DNA of 15,430 nucleotides, from assembly GCA_045863235.1 (NCBI GenBank), contig BTUM01000129.1:1-15430 (forward strand). The letters run 5' to 3'. Each line of letters begins with the position of its first letter. Position 1 is the first letter of the stretch. The notes under the pieces were generated by a model, which saw nothing but the letters and a program-made list of their open reading frames with translations, searched no databases and was not told the origin of the DNA. The translations under genes were made by a program, and so were the position numbers. Of this stretch, positions 1 through 9,041 are shown piece by piece. Origin of the DNA: Candidatus Xenobia bacterium. Lineage in GTDB: Bacteria > Vulcanimicrobiota > Xenobia > Xenobiales > QWHO01.

Positions 1-267
1 GCCCGGTACCGCCTCCATTCCAGCGTATACCCCGGAATCAGCCCGGTACCGGGGAACTTCCCGGTACCGGCCCAGGTGCGCAGGGTTGCTCGAGAATACG
101 CAGGTCCTGCCCGGTACCGCCTCCATTCCAGCGTATACCCCGGAATCAGCCCGGTACCGGGGAACTTCCCGGTACCGGCCCAGGTGCGGAGTTCGGTCTG
201 GTCCAGAATACGCAGGTCCCGCCCGGTACCGCGAGCGTATACCCCGGAATCAGCCCGGTACCGGGGA
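1..267. repeat. Imperfect tandem repeat array, 108-112 bp unit, rich in CCGGTACC(GG) palindromes (REP/BIME-like); truncated by the window start
   Basis: Units begin gcccggtaccgc at 1, 109 and 221. Bases 1-80 are identical to 109-188. A variable segment (81-92 vs 189-204) lies between cccaggtgcg and agaatacgcaggtcc. The third unit is partial and has ctccattcc replaced by g. Confidence 0.95.
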
Positions 268-322
268 GACCACCGCTGTCAGGGCTACAGGGTTTCCCGG
301 TCGTGGCTCAGAACAGCACCCG

Positions 323-1063
323 GTGCCGTTCCTGCGCAATCTATTGTTCGATACCTGGCCCGTCGTGGTGCACGCTCACGGATCCCACGCCCACAAGCCC
401 CAGTGGCCGCCCATCCGGCAGGCTCTGTTCGACGCGCCCGCGCCGACCTGGACCGCTCCCCCCGAGCTGACGCTGTTGACCTGCAACAATGGCCACCCGG
501 CCATGGGCCTGTGGGAAGAGAGCCTGCGGCGGGCCGGTCTTCAGTGCCAGGTGCTCGGCCACGGCATCGATCCCTGGGTCAACAGCCGCCACAAGCCGCA
601 GCTTCTGGCCCGGGCCGCCAGCGAGGCTCGGACCCCTTACCTTCTTTACGCCGACTCGCGCGACGCCGTGCTGATCGATGACCCGGCCCGCGCTCTCGAG
701 CGGTTTCTGGCCTTCGACTGCGAGCTGGTGATGGGGGCCGACATGATGAGCTGGCCCGCCCTGCCCGCCTTCCGGCGCTTCGAGCAGGGTTTGCCGGGGG
801 CCCGCCAGAGCGAGTTCCGCTACCTCAACGGTGGCACCTGGATCGGCCGCCGCGAGACGGTGCTCGAGCTGTTCACGGCCGCCTGCGAGATCGACCCCGT
901 GCCCGAGGCGGCCGACTCCGAGCAGGGCCTCTTGCGCCAGCTCCTGCCGCGCTTTCATCCCCGGATACAGCTCGACTACCGTTGCCAGATCTTCCAGAAC
1001 GTCGGCTTCGTCTCGCGCGACATCTTTCAGTTGAGCAGCCTGCAGAGCTCCCATGGACGCTGA
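323..1063 (+). CDS. PLOD/LH3-like GT-A glycosyltransferase, apparently circularly permuted
   Basis: Motifs LYADSRDAVL, MGADMMSWP, FRYLNGGTWIG, DSEQ and LDYRCQIFQN parallel LH3 FVDSYDVIL, FSAESFCWP, RFLNSGGFIG, DDDQ and LDHKSRIFQN. In-frame GTG at 323 chosen because 86-322 is largely repeat-derived; no clear RBS, so the start is uncertain. Confidence 0.8.
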   Translation: MPFLRNLLFDTWPVVVHAHGSHAHKPQWPPIRQALFDAPAPTWTAPPELTLLTCNNGHPAMGLWEESLRRAGLQCQVLGHGIDPWVNSRHKPQLLARAASEARTPYLLYADSRDAVLIDDPARALERFLAFDCELVMGADMMSWPALPAFRRFEQGLPGARQSEFRYLNGGTWIGRRETVLELFTAACEIDPVPEAADSEQGLLRQLLPRFHPRIQLDYRCQIFQNVGFVSRDIFQLSSLQSSHGR

Positions 1064-2423
1064 GACGACGCCACCGATCAGCGACGAGAAAGAGGTCGCC
1101 AGGATCCTCTACAAGGGCTTCCTCAGCTACCTGAGCCTGAGGGCGGTCGGCATCGGACTGGGCTACGTGGCCCAGATCTTCCTCAGTCGCTGGCTGGGCA
1201 GTCACGATTACGGCTACTACTCGCTGCTCGCCACGGCCGCTTTCGTGCTGGCCTACGTGGTGGGGCTGGGTTATCCCACCGCCATGCAGCGCTTTCTGCC
1301 CAACTATCGCGCCCATGGCGACTGGCCGTCTTTCATGGGCTTCGTCAAGTACGCCGTACGCCGCATGACGGCCGCCTCGGCGGCTCTGGGTGTGCTGGTG
1401 GGGGCGGGCCTGGCCATCCTGCACGAGCTCCATAAGACCGCCGACCCCTGGACCGCGCCCGAAACCTTCGCTGCCCTGCTGACCCTGGTCCTCATCCCGG
1501 TGCAGGGAACCCAGGAGGTCTATGAGGCCGGTCTGACCGCCCAGCAGCGCTGGCTGGACTCCTTCGTGCCCAGCATGCTGGTGACGCCCCTGCTCTTCGT
1601 GGGCGGGGTGGCCCTGGCCGACGCCTTCTTCCCCGGCCACCTGGCCGTCTACCAGGTGCTGCTCGTGCTGCTGCTGGTCACCATCCTGTCCACCGTCATT
1701 CAGAGGATCCTGCTGCAAAGGAGCCTCCCCCCCGAGGGGCGGCACTGCTCCATCAGCTTCGCCGACAAGGACCAGTGGGACGCCACCGGCAAGCCGGTGC
1801 TGGTGATGACCATGTTCGGCATCCTCTCGGCCCGAGCCGACCTCTTTGCCGTGGGCCTGCTCGACGGCCATTCCGACGCCGGCATCTATGCCGCCGTGCT
1901 GGCCACCTCCGAGCTGCTCAACACCTTCTCCAAGGCCTCCAACACCGTGGTCACGCCCCAGATCGGCCCGCTGCTGGCGGCCAAGAACACCCAGCTCCTG
2001 CAGAAGGTGCTGGTGCGCTCGGCCCAGCTGGCCACCTATCCCACCTTGATCCTGACCATCCTGCTCTGCTCCATCGGCACCGACGTGCTGAGCCTGTTCG
2101 GTCCCCACTTCGAGGGTGGCTACTGGGCCCTGGTCATCTTGTGCTGGAACCAGGTGCTCATCGCCTCGGCCGGTCCGCCCGCTTACGTGCTGATCGTCTC
2201 GGGCCACTCGGTCAACGTGGCCCGTGGTTTTGCGTTCAGCCTGACTGTCCAGCTCCTCTTGCTGCTCGTGCTGACGCCCCACTTCGGCATGGTGGGGGCC
2301 TCCAGCTCGAGCCTGCTGGCCGGCTTGCTGCTGCGCATCCTGCTCACCCGCTACGTCGCCAAGACCACCGGCATCCGCTTTGGGATCCTGGGCGGGCTGA
2401 CCCACAAGTGGGTCAGGGAATAG
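1053..2423 (+). CDS. Wzx-like oligosaccharide/polysaccharide flippase (MOP superfamily)
   Basis: 456 aa with many hydrophobic helices. N-terminal IFLSRWLGSHDYGYYS, later RADLFAVGLL..AGIYAA and LTPHFGMVGAS signatures. Overlaps the upstream GT by 11 bp. Confidence 0.88.
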   Translation: MDAETTPPISDEKEVARILYKGFLSYLSLRAVGIGLGYVAQIFLSRWLGSHDYGYYSLLATAAFVLAYVVGLGYPTAMQRFLPNYRAHGDWPSFMGFVKYAVRRMTAASAALGVLVGAGLAILHELHKTADPWTAPETFAALLTLVLIPVQGTQEVYEAGLTAQQRWLDSFVPSMLVTPLLFVGGVALADAFFPGHLAVYQVLLVLLLVTILSTVIQRILLQRSLPPEGRHCSISFADKDQWDATGKPVLVMTMFGILSARADLFAVGLLDGHSDAGIYAAVLATSELLNTFSKASNTVVTPQIGPLLAAKNTQLLQKVLVRSAQLATYPTLILTILLCSIGTDVLSLFGPHFEGGYWALVILCWNQVLIASAGPPAYVLIVSGHSVNVARGFAFSLTVQLLLLLVLTPHFGMVGASSSSLLAGLLLRILLTRYVAKTTGIRFGILGGLTHKWVRE

Positions 2424-3258
2424 GGATCACCTCGGCCCAGGGCAGCAGGGTCTGAACTCGCTCGAGCTCGGCCGGGTCGAGGTTGCCCACGAAGATCCAC
2501 TTGAGCCCCTTCAGGCCTCGGAAGCTGTCCGGGATGCGAGCCTGGCAGCCGGTGGCGCTCAGGGTCACCAGCCGCCTCAGCTGACCGAGCTGGGGCGGAA
2601 AGCTCTTGAGGGGGGTATCCTCCATGTCCAGCCGGCGCAGGGCCTTGAGCTGGCCGATCTGGGGCGGCAGGCTGACCAGGGGGGTGCCGTCCAGGGTCAG
2701 CTCTTCGAGCCGGGTCAGCTGGCCGATCTCGGGGGGCAGCGTCGTCAGCGGGTTGCGGGACAGATCAAGGTGGCGCAGCGCGCGCAGGCGACCGATCTCG
2801 GCCGGCAGATGAGTGAGCTGGTTGTCGGACAGGTCCAGCGAGATCAGCCGTTCCAGCCCCTTCAAGTCGCCCAGGTCGGTGAGCTGGTTTTCGCCCAGGT
2901 CGAGCGTGTCCAGAAGCGGCATGCCTTTCCAGGGAGGGCGCCCGAGATGGACCAGCTGGTTGCCGCGCAGGTCCAGCTCGTGCAGCGAACGGGCCTGGCT
3001 CAGCTCGGGGGGGACGGCCGTCAGCTTGTTGCCCGACAGGTCGAGCTCGCGCACGCCGTTGAGGTAGGGGATGCGCGGCAGCTCCGTGAGCTCGTTGAAG
3101 CTCAGGTTCAGCGACTCGAGCTGGCGGTAGCGGTCCAGATGGCGCATGGCGTCGACCAGGCCGTTCCCCAGGTCGAACAGGTCCAGCGAGCGGCGATCGC
3201 GGTCGCCCTGGCAGACCGCCGGCAGGGCCAGCAGCAGCACCAGGAGGAGCGTTCTCAC
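2413..3258 (-). CDS. Exported leucine-rich repeat protein (~10 LRRs, 281 aa)
   Basis: GTG at 3258 overlaps the OMF stop (GTGA). Signal-like N-terminus MRTLLLVLLLALPAVC. Repeats LxxLDLSxNxLTxLPxEIGxL. C-cap ELERVQTLLPWAEV. Overlaps the flippase 3' end convergently by 11 bp. Confidence 0.9.
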   Translation of the reverse strand: MRTLLLVLLLALPAVCQGDRDRRSLDLFDLGNGLVDAMRHLDRYRQLESLNLSFNELTELPRIPYLNGVRELDLSGNKLTAVPPELSQARSLHELDLRGNQLVHLGRPPWKGMPLLDTLDLGENQLTDLGDLKGLERLISLDLSDNQLTHLPAEIGRLRALRHLDLSRNPLTTLPPEIGQLTRLEELTLDGTPLVSLPPQIGQLKALRRLDMEDTPLKSFPPQLGQLRRLVTLSATGCQARIPDSFRGLKGLKWIFVGNLDPAELERVQTLLPWAEVIPIP

Positions 3259-4658
3259 GGGGTCTCCTTCGGCTGCGGGGAAGCCGGCTCCTGGGGCGCC
3301 AGGGCGTCCGGTGGCAGGCTCAGCTCGCCCTGAAACACCTCCGACGTGACGGCCTTGAGCTCGCCCTCGGCGATCTTTCGGTCGGTGAGAGCCTCGATCA
3401 GATCGCCTTGAGCGTCGAGCACGAACGAGCGCGCGTTGATCAGCTCGGCCAGGTCGGTCAGGCCCGCCGTGTAGCGCTTGGAGGCCAGCTGGAAGTTGGC
3501 CAGAGCGGCGCGAACCGCGTCTTTGGAAGCCGAGGTCCGCTCCTGGGCCGCCTCCAGGTCGGCGAAGGCGGAATCCATGATCTGCACCAGCTGCAGGCGA
3601 ACGTTCTCGCGGTCGTGGCGCAGCTGCTCGGCGGTGGCCAGGGCCAGCTCCTCGGCCGAGTCCAGCCCCGGCGTGAAGAAGGGGATAGTCAAGAAGAGCT
3701 GCACCTCGAAGAAGGGAACGTTGGGCAGGTCGAGCCCCTGGGCCCCCACGCCGACCGAGGTGCTCACGGTGGGCTTGTTGCCCAGCGTCTGGATGTGGGC
3801 CTGCAGCTCGAAGTTGCGCGCCTGGGCGTCCAGGGAGAGCAGGGCCGGGTTGAGGTCCACCAGCTTCAGGGCGGCGGATCGATCCTGCTGCGTCGGCTCC
3901 TGGCTCAGGATGTCCTCGAGCCGAGCCTTCTCGACCACCGAGCGGTCCACCCCGACCGCCTGGGCCAGGGCCAGGCGGGCATTGCGCTCGTCGTTCTTGG
4001 CCTGGGCGATGGCGGCGCGGGCGGTGGCCACCTGGGACAGGGCCGAGGTCACGTCGGCCATGCCCTTCTGGCCGGCGGTGTAGAACTGATCCGAGACGGT
4101 CTGGTTGAGCTGGGCGCGCTCCAGGTTGCCGGTCTGGATGGCCAGGTTCAGCTGGGCCTGGAGCACCGTCACGTAGGCTTCCTGGATATCCTGATACTGG
4201 GTGAGCCAGGCGCTCTGCAGGTTGTAGAGGGCAGTCGAGACCCCGTAGCGGGCCGCTTCGACCTGGGTGTGGCGCACGCCCGAGTCGAGCACGGTCCAGG
4301 TCGTTCCCAGCGTCATGGTGGTCTCCTTGACCAGGTCGAACACCGTCTGCAGCTCGCCGTTGATGAGCTGCCAGTCGCGCTCGATGGTGAAGCCCATCTG
4401 GGGCTCGTAGAGGGCCCAGGCCTGGCCCAGCTGGGCCCGGGCCTGGGTCACCTTGGCCCGGTTGCTCTTGAGGATGGGGTGGTTGTCGTAGGCAAGCTGG
4501 AGGCAGCGCTCCAGGGTCAGCACTTCCCCTCCCGGGTCGCCCACCGGCGGCAACAGGTCGCGCTGCTGGTCCAGGAGCGGCTGCAGGGCGGGCGGATCGG
4601 CCCCCACCGGCAGCGCGGCCAGCGCCAGGACGAGCAGCAGGGCCAGAAGGACTCTCAC
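3255..4658 (-). CDS. TolC-family outer membrane efflux protein (OMF)
   Basis: Signal peptide MRVLLALLLVLALAALPVGA. LTLERCLQLAYDNHP start and two OEP-like halves (..FYTAGQKGMADV.., ..RYTAGLTDLAELINA..). Lies downstream of RND and MFP genes. Confidence 0.9.
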   Translation of the reverse strand: MRVLLALLLVLALAALPVGADPPALQPLLDQQRDLLPPVGDPGGEVLTLERCLQLAYDNHPILKSNRAKVTQARAQLGQAWALYEPQMGFTIERDWQLINGELQTVFDLVKETTMTLGTTWTVLDSGVRHTQVEAARYGVSTALYNLQSAWLTQYQDIQEAYVTVLQAQLNLAIQTGNLERAQLNQTVSDQFYTAGQKGMADVTSALSQVATARAAIAQAKNDERNARLALAQAVGVDRSVVEKARLEDILSQEPTQQDRSAALKLVDLNPALLSLDAQARNFELQAHIQTLGNKPTVSTSVGVGAQGLDLPNVPFFEVQLFLTIPFFTPGLDSAEELALATAEQLRHDRENVRLQLVQIMDSAFADLEAAQERTSASKDAVRAALANFQLASKRYTAGLTDLAELINARSFVLDAQGDLIEALTDRKIAEGELKAVTSEVFQGELSLPPDALAPQEPASPQPKETP

Positions 4659-5899
4659 TCCGACTCCATCCGGGGCGCTTTGAGGGTCTGATCGGCCACC
4701 ACCCGATCCCCATCGTGCAGGCCCACCAGGTCGGAGGCGGCCACCAGCTCGTCGGCCTTGACCCCCTCCACCTCGACCCAGTTCTGCTTGCTCTGGCCGG
4801 TTTTCACCGAGCGCTGGCGGACCACGTACTCCGAGCCGCTGGCCTCCAGCACGAACACGCTGCTGGCCCCGTCCCGGGTCAGCACGGCCCCGTCCGGCAC
4901 CATGACGTGCAGCTCGGGCGCCTCGGTGCGCAGCCAGACCTTGACGGCCATGCCGGGCCGGAGCCAGCGGGGAGGCGAGGCCACCTCAGCCTCCACCGGA
5001 ATGGCTCGCGTCTCCACTCTGGCCACCGGGGCCAGGTGGCGAACGGTGGCCCGCAGGGTCTGGTTCGGGGCCGCGTCGCAGGTGAAGCGGAGGCTCTCGC
5101 CCGAGCCGAGCTCGGCGGCGTAACGCTGGGGCACGTCCAGCGTCACCAGCAGGGGGGACGGGCTGACCAGCGTCAGGCCGGTGGGGTTTCCGGCGCTGAC
5201 CACGTCGCCCACGTTCAGGTCGCACTGCTGCACGATGGCGTCCATGGGAGCCTTGAGCACGTAGTAGCGGGTGCGCCGGGCCACCTCCTCGTACTGGGCC
5301 TGGCTGACCCGGATGGCGGCCCGGGCCTGCTCGAGCTTCTCCAGGGCCGTCTCGTAGTCGGCCTTGGCCTGCAGGTACTGCTCGCGGATGTCGGCCAGGT
5401 TCTGATCCGAGATCAGCTCCTCGGCCCGCAGCTGGCGGTATTCCTCATACTTCTGGTGGGCGTTGTCGACCACCGCCTTGGCCTTGCGCACCGCCGGCAC
5501 GTCCACCGGATCGCGCGGCGAGCCGTCCGGCCAGTAGAGGAACGACTCGGCCCGGGTCTCCTCGAGCTGGGCGCGAGCCGTCTTGATCTGCATCTGGAGA
5601 TCGTCAGAGTCGATGCGGGCCAGCACCTGCCCCTCGCGCACGAAGTCGCCCATGTCCACATACAGCTCGATCACCTGGCCCGAGCCCTCGGCCGCCATGG
5701 TGACGGCGTTCTCGGCCGCGATGGTGCCCGGCATGGAGAGATCGCGAGCGATGCTCCGGGTGACGGCCCGGGCCACGTCCACCCGGGCCGCCGAGGGACT
5801 GGCCGGGGCGCTCGGGCTCGGTCGGGGAGTCTTGGGTTTGCCGGTGGGGCAACCGGTCAACAGCATCAGGGCCAGGATCCCCAGCATCAGGCGTCTCAC
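4655..5899 (-). CDS. RND efflux periplasmic adaptor (MFP), lipoprotein
   Basis: GTG at 5899 overlaps the RND stop (GTGA). Lipobox LLTGC. Lipoyl-like halves SGQVIELYVDMGDFVREGQVLARID and LKAPMDAIVQQCDLNVGDVV flank an alpha-hairpin. LRPGM motif present. Confidence 0.92.
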   Translation of the reverse strand: MRRLMLGILALMLLTGCPTGKPKTPRPSPSAPASPSAARVDVARAVTRSIARDLSMPGTIAAENAVTMAAEGSGQVIELYVDMGDFVREGQVLARIDSDDLQMQIKTARAQLEETRAESFLYWPDGSPRDPVDVPAVRKAKAVVDNAHQKYEEYRQLRAEELISDQNLADIREQYLQAKADYETALEKLEQARAAIRVSQAQYEEVARRTRYYVLKAPMDAIVQQCDLNVGDVVSAGNPTGLTLVSPSPLLVTLDVPQRYAAELGSGESLRFTCDAAPNQTLRATVRHLAPVARVETRAIPVEAEVASPPRWLRPGMAVKVWLRTEAPELHVMVPDGAVLTRDGASSVFVLEASGSEYVVRQRSVKTGQSKQNWVEVEGVKADELVAASDLVGLHDGDRVVADQTLKAPRMESE

Positions 5900-8800
5900 T
5901 TCGACTTCCTCCGGAACAGACGTTGCAGGTCCTCCACGATGGAGGTCCCCACCGGCACCACCACCAGGGTCAGGAGCAAACACAGGGACTGACCGCCCAC
6001 CACCACCATGGCCATGGGAGCCCGCATGGCCCCGGTGGGACCGGCGAAGGCCACCGGGATCATGGCCACCACCAGGGTCAGGGTGGTCATCAAGATGGGG
6101 CGCAGGCGGTCCTTGTTGGCCGTCAGGATGGCCTCCCGCAGCTCCATCCCCTGGCGCAGGAGCTGGTTGGTGCGATCGATCTGCAAGATGGCGTTCTTCT
6201 TGACCACGCCAAAGAGCAAGAACAGCCCCAGCACCGAGAACAGGTTCAAGGTCATGTGGGCGGCCATCAGCGAGAAGATGGCAAAGGGGATGGCCAGCGG
6301 GAGGGTCAGCAGGATGATCAGCGGATCGAGCAGGTTCTCGAACTGGCTGGCCATCACCATGTACATGAAGAGCACCGAGAGCACGAACGACTGCAGGGCG
6401 GCGATGGCCGTCTGCTGGAGGAACTTGGAGTTGCCCGTGGGCAAAGGACCGTATCCCGGCGGCGGATGGAGCGAGGCGAAGAGGTCTTTGGCCTTGCTGT
6501 CGGCCTCGCCCAGGGGCAGCTCGGAGGTGAGGTTGGCTGACACCGTGACCCGGCGCTGGCGTTCCAGGTGCTCGATGGGCCCGGGGCCCAGGCCCACGGT
6601 GATGGTGGCGACCTGGTCCAGGGTCACCAGCACCGGGCCCCCCTGCTGCTGCTGGCTCAGTACCGGAATGTGCTTGACGTCCTCGGGCTGGGCTCGCTGG
6701 TCGGGCAAGGACTGCACCATCACGTCGTAGGTCTCGATGCCGCGCTGGAAGTTGGTGACCCGCAGACCGCTGAGGTAGATCTGCACCGCCTGGGCCGCCT
6801 GCTCGACGTCCACCATCAAGTCGGCCGCATTCTGCTCGTCGAATTTGACCAGCACCTCGGGCCCGGGCTCGGCCATGGTGGAGGCCAGGTCGACGAAGCC
6901 AGGAATCTTGCTCATGCCTTCGAGCATCTTGCGGCCCAGGCTCTCGAGCTCGTTGAGGTCGTCGCCGGCGATGACGTACTCGAAGTCCTTGTCGTCGGAG
7001 GTGTCCACCGAAGGCTGCAGCAACGAGTAGCGCCCCAGAGCCGCCCGGGCATCGTCGATGGACTCGAACATGGTATAGGGCTGGCGCTTCTCATAGGGGA
7101 CCAACGAGACGTAGAAGCTGGGGGTCTCCCCGTCGCCGGTGAGCAGCACGTTCTGCACGTGGGGAAGCTTCATCAGAGCTTGCTCCACCGGAACGAGCTC
7201 GCTGGCCGCCCGCTCCAGGGGCCAGCCGGCCGGAATGCGCAGGTTGACGGTGTAGCTGCCCACGTCTTCCTTGGCCAGGAACTCGGTTCCGATGCTCCGG
7301 AGCAGGTGGAGACCCCAGATGAAGCTGCCCAGGGCCAGCAAGATCACCAGCCAGCGCAGCTTGAGGGCCAGCCAGAGAACCGCCCCGTAGGCGCTCTGAA
7401 GTCCGCCCATCAAGGGGCCCGGCCCGCGCGCCGGGCCGCTGCGCTTCTTGAGAAATCGGGCCGACAGGGTGGGGGTCAGCGTGTAGGAGACGATCATGCT
7501 CAGCGTGATGGTGACCGCCATCACCACGCCCCAGGAGCGGAAGTACATCCCCACCTCGCCCGGCATGAAGGCGAGCGGCAGAAAGAGCACCACCAGCGAG
7601 GCGGTGGTGGCCAGCACGGCAAAAGAGATCTCCTCCAGCCCGCGCTCGGCTGCCTCGAGCGGCTCGAGATCGGTCTCCTCCAGGGTCTTGGTGATGTTCT
7701 CCAGCACCACCACCGCGTCGTCCACCACGATGCCCACCGCCAGCGAGAGGGCCAGCAAGGTCATGTAGTTGAGCGTGAAGCCAAAGGCGTACATGAACAT
7801 GAAGCTCGCGATGAGCGAGATGGGGATGGCGATGCCGGCCACCAGCGTCAGCCGGAAGTTGGCCAGGAAGATGAGCACCACCAGGCAGGCCAGGCTGGTG
7901 CCGAGCAGGATGTCCTCCTGCAGATCGCTGATCGCTTCGTGGATCACCACCGAGTTGTCCCGCACCAGCTCCACCTTGATGTCGGCCGGCAGCAGCGACT
8001 TGAGGTACTCCAGCTCGTCCTTGACCCCCTGCACCACGTTGACCAGGTTGGCCTCGGCCGTCTTGGTCACGTCCAGGGTCAGGGTTTCGTGCCCGTTGAG
8101 GCGCGAGAGCGTGGTGGCGTCCTTCTCGCCGTCCACCACCCGGGCCACGTCGCCCACCAGCACCGGGCTCTGGTAGACCCCGCGGGCCGAGCTCAAGGGC
8201 CCGGTGACCTCAGTGGCGGAGGGCTCGGTGACGATGATGTTGGCGAAATCTTGCGCCGTCACCAGCTTGTTCTGCAGGTTGACCAGGTACTGGATGGCGT
8301 CGTTCTTGAGATAGCCCCCGGGAACCTGAGCGCTGTGGCTCTTGAGAGCCGCCACCACCTGGTTGGGCGAGACCTGGTGCTCTTCCAGCCCCGCGCCGTC
8401 GAGCTGAATCAAGATGGCCCGCTCTCGCCCTCCATTGACCTTCACGTCCCCCACGCCCTGGACCGTCTGCAGCCTGTCGCCTACCTGGCGGCGGGCGATT
8501 TCGGTCAGGTCGCGCAGACTGCGCTTGCCGGTCACCGCCAGGGTGACCACCGGCTGCTCGGAGCTGGAGTACTTGCCGTAGATGGGAGTCTTCGTGTTGA
8601 GCGGGAACTCGTTCACCAGCGCGTCCACCTTCGAGCGCGCCTGCTCCAGGGCTCGGTCCCCGTCGATGCCCACCTGGAACTTGATCTGGGTGTGCGACTT
8701 GCCGACCGAGGAGGTGGACTTCAGCTCGTCCACCCCGTCGAGCACCGCCACCGCATCCTCCACCGGACGCGTGATCTGAGCCTCCACCAGCTCCGGCGAC

Positions 8801-8961
8801 GCCCCTTCCAGGGTGATGTCGATGGTGACGTAGGCGATCTCCACGTCGGGCATTTGATCCACGTTCAAGCGCGTGAACGCGAACAAACCACCGGCAACCA
8901 GCATCAAATTCAGCATGATGGCCAGGATGGGGTGGCGGATGAAAATTGAGAAAAATTTCAC
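5896..8961 (-). CDS. RND efflux permease, AcrB/AcrD/AcrF (HAE1-like) family
   Basis: 1021 aa. FIRHPI N-terminus, TM4 AVGIVVDDAVVVLENI, TM10 VVKKNAIL, TM11 RLRPILMTT (proton-relay residues intact). Confidence 0.96.
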   Translation of the reverse strand: MKFFSIFIRHPILAIMLNLMLVAGGLFAFTRLNVDQMPDVEIAYVTIDITLEGASPELVEAQITRPVEDAVAVLDGVDELKSTSSVGKSHTQIKFQVGIDGDRALEQARSKVDALVNEFPLNTKTPIYGKYSSSEQPVVTLAVTGKRSLRDLTEIARRQVGDRLQTVQGVGDVKVNGGRERAILIQLDGAGLEEHQVSPNQVVAALKSHSAQVPGGYLKNDAIQYLVNLQNKLVTAQDFANIIVTEPSATEVTGPLSSARGVYQSPVLVGDVARVVDGEKDATTLSRLNGHETLTLDVTKTAEANLVNVVQGVKDELEYLKSLLPADIKVELVRDNSVVIHEAISDLQEDILLGTSLACLVVLIFLANFRLTLVAGIAIPISLIASFMFMYAFGFTLNYMTLLALSLAVGIVVDDAVVVLENITKTLEETDLEPLEAAERGLEEISFAVLATTASLVVLFLPLAFMPGEVGMYFRSWGVVMAVTITLSMIVSYTLTPTLSARFLKKRSGPARGPGPLMGGLQSAYGAVLWLALKLRWLVILLALGSFIWGLHLLRSIGTEFLAKEDVGSYTVNLRIPAGWPLERAASELVPVEQALMKLPHVQNVLLTGDGETPSFYVSLVPYEKRQPYTMFESIDDARAALGRYSLLQPSVDTSDDKDFEYVIAGDDLNELESLGRKMLEGMSKIPGFVDLASTMAEPGPEVLVKFDEQNAADLMVDVEQAAQAVQIYLSGLRVTNFQRGIETYDVMVQSLPDQRAQPEDVKHIPVLSQQQQGGPVLVTLDQVATITVGLGPGPIEHLERQRRVTVSANLTSELPLGEADSKAKDLFASLHPPPGYGPLPTGNSKFLQQTAIAALQSFVLSVLFMYMVMASQFENLLDPLIILLTLPLAIPFAIFSLMAAHMTLNLFSVLGLFLLFGVVKKNAILQIDRTNQLLRQGMELREAILTANKDRLRPILMTTLTLVVAMIPVAFAGPTGAMRAPMAMVVVGGQSLCLLLTLVVVPVGTSIVEDLQRLFRRKSK

Positions 8962-9041
8962 TCGAGCCCGGAGGTTCTCTTTGTTGACGCCTTTCCCCTG
9001 TTCTCAGAGGGGAGACAGGCTGGCCTGCGAAGCTCCGCTTC

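Noticed and set aside
1..267. CRISPR array interpretation of the left array (and likewise the right array)
   Set aside because: Constant parts are about 90-100 nt and variable parts 1-19 nt, which does not fit CRISPR dimensions; no cas genes are present in the window.
76..681. 201-aa ORF 76..681 and the 86-322 extension of the GT ORF
   Set aside because: Arg/Pro-rich translation of repeat DNA and of an alternative frame of the GT; GT similarity starts only at about 323.
3259..4713. 766-aa version of the LRR ORF
   Set aside because: The extension is an alternative frame over the OMF gene. A signal peptide and GTGA coupling define the start at 3258.
6568..8949. Long antisense or overlapping ORFs (873..2405, 3408..4691, 4715..5992, 6568..8949, 8958..10520, 10701..12257, 12768..13700, 13600..14715)
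   Set aside because: Shadow ORFs expected opposite genes with high GC3; no recognisable motifs.
5896..8961. Heavy-metal (CusA/CzcA) assignment or a specific symbol such as acrB or mdtB
   Set aside because: TM4 VVDD and other motifs fit generic HAE1-like pumps; orthology and substrate cannot be determined from the sequence alone.
8984..8989. TTGACG as a sigma70 -35 box for the SDR
   Set aside because: No -10 hexamer at 16-18 bp spacing.
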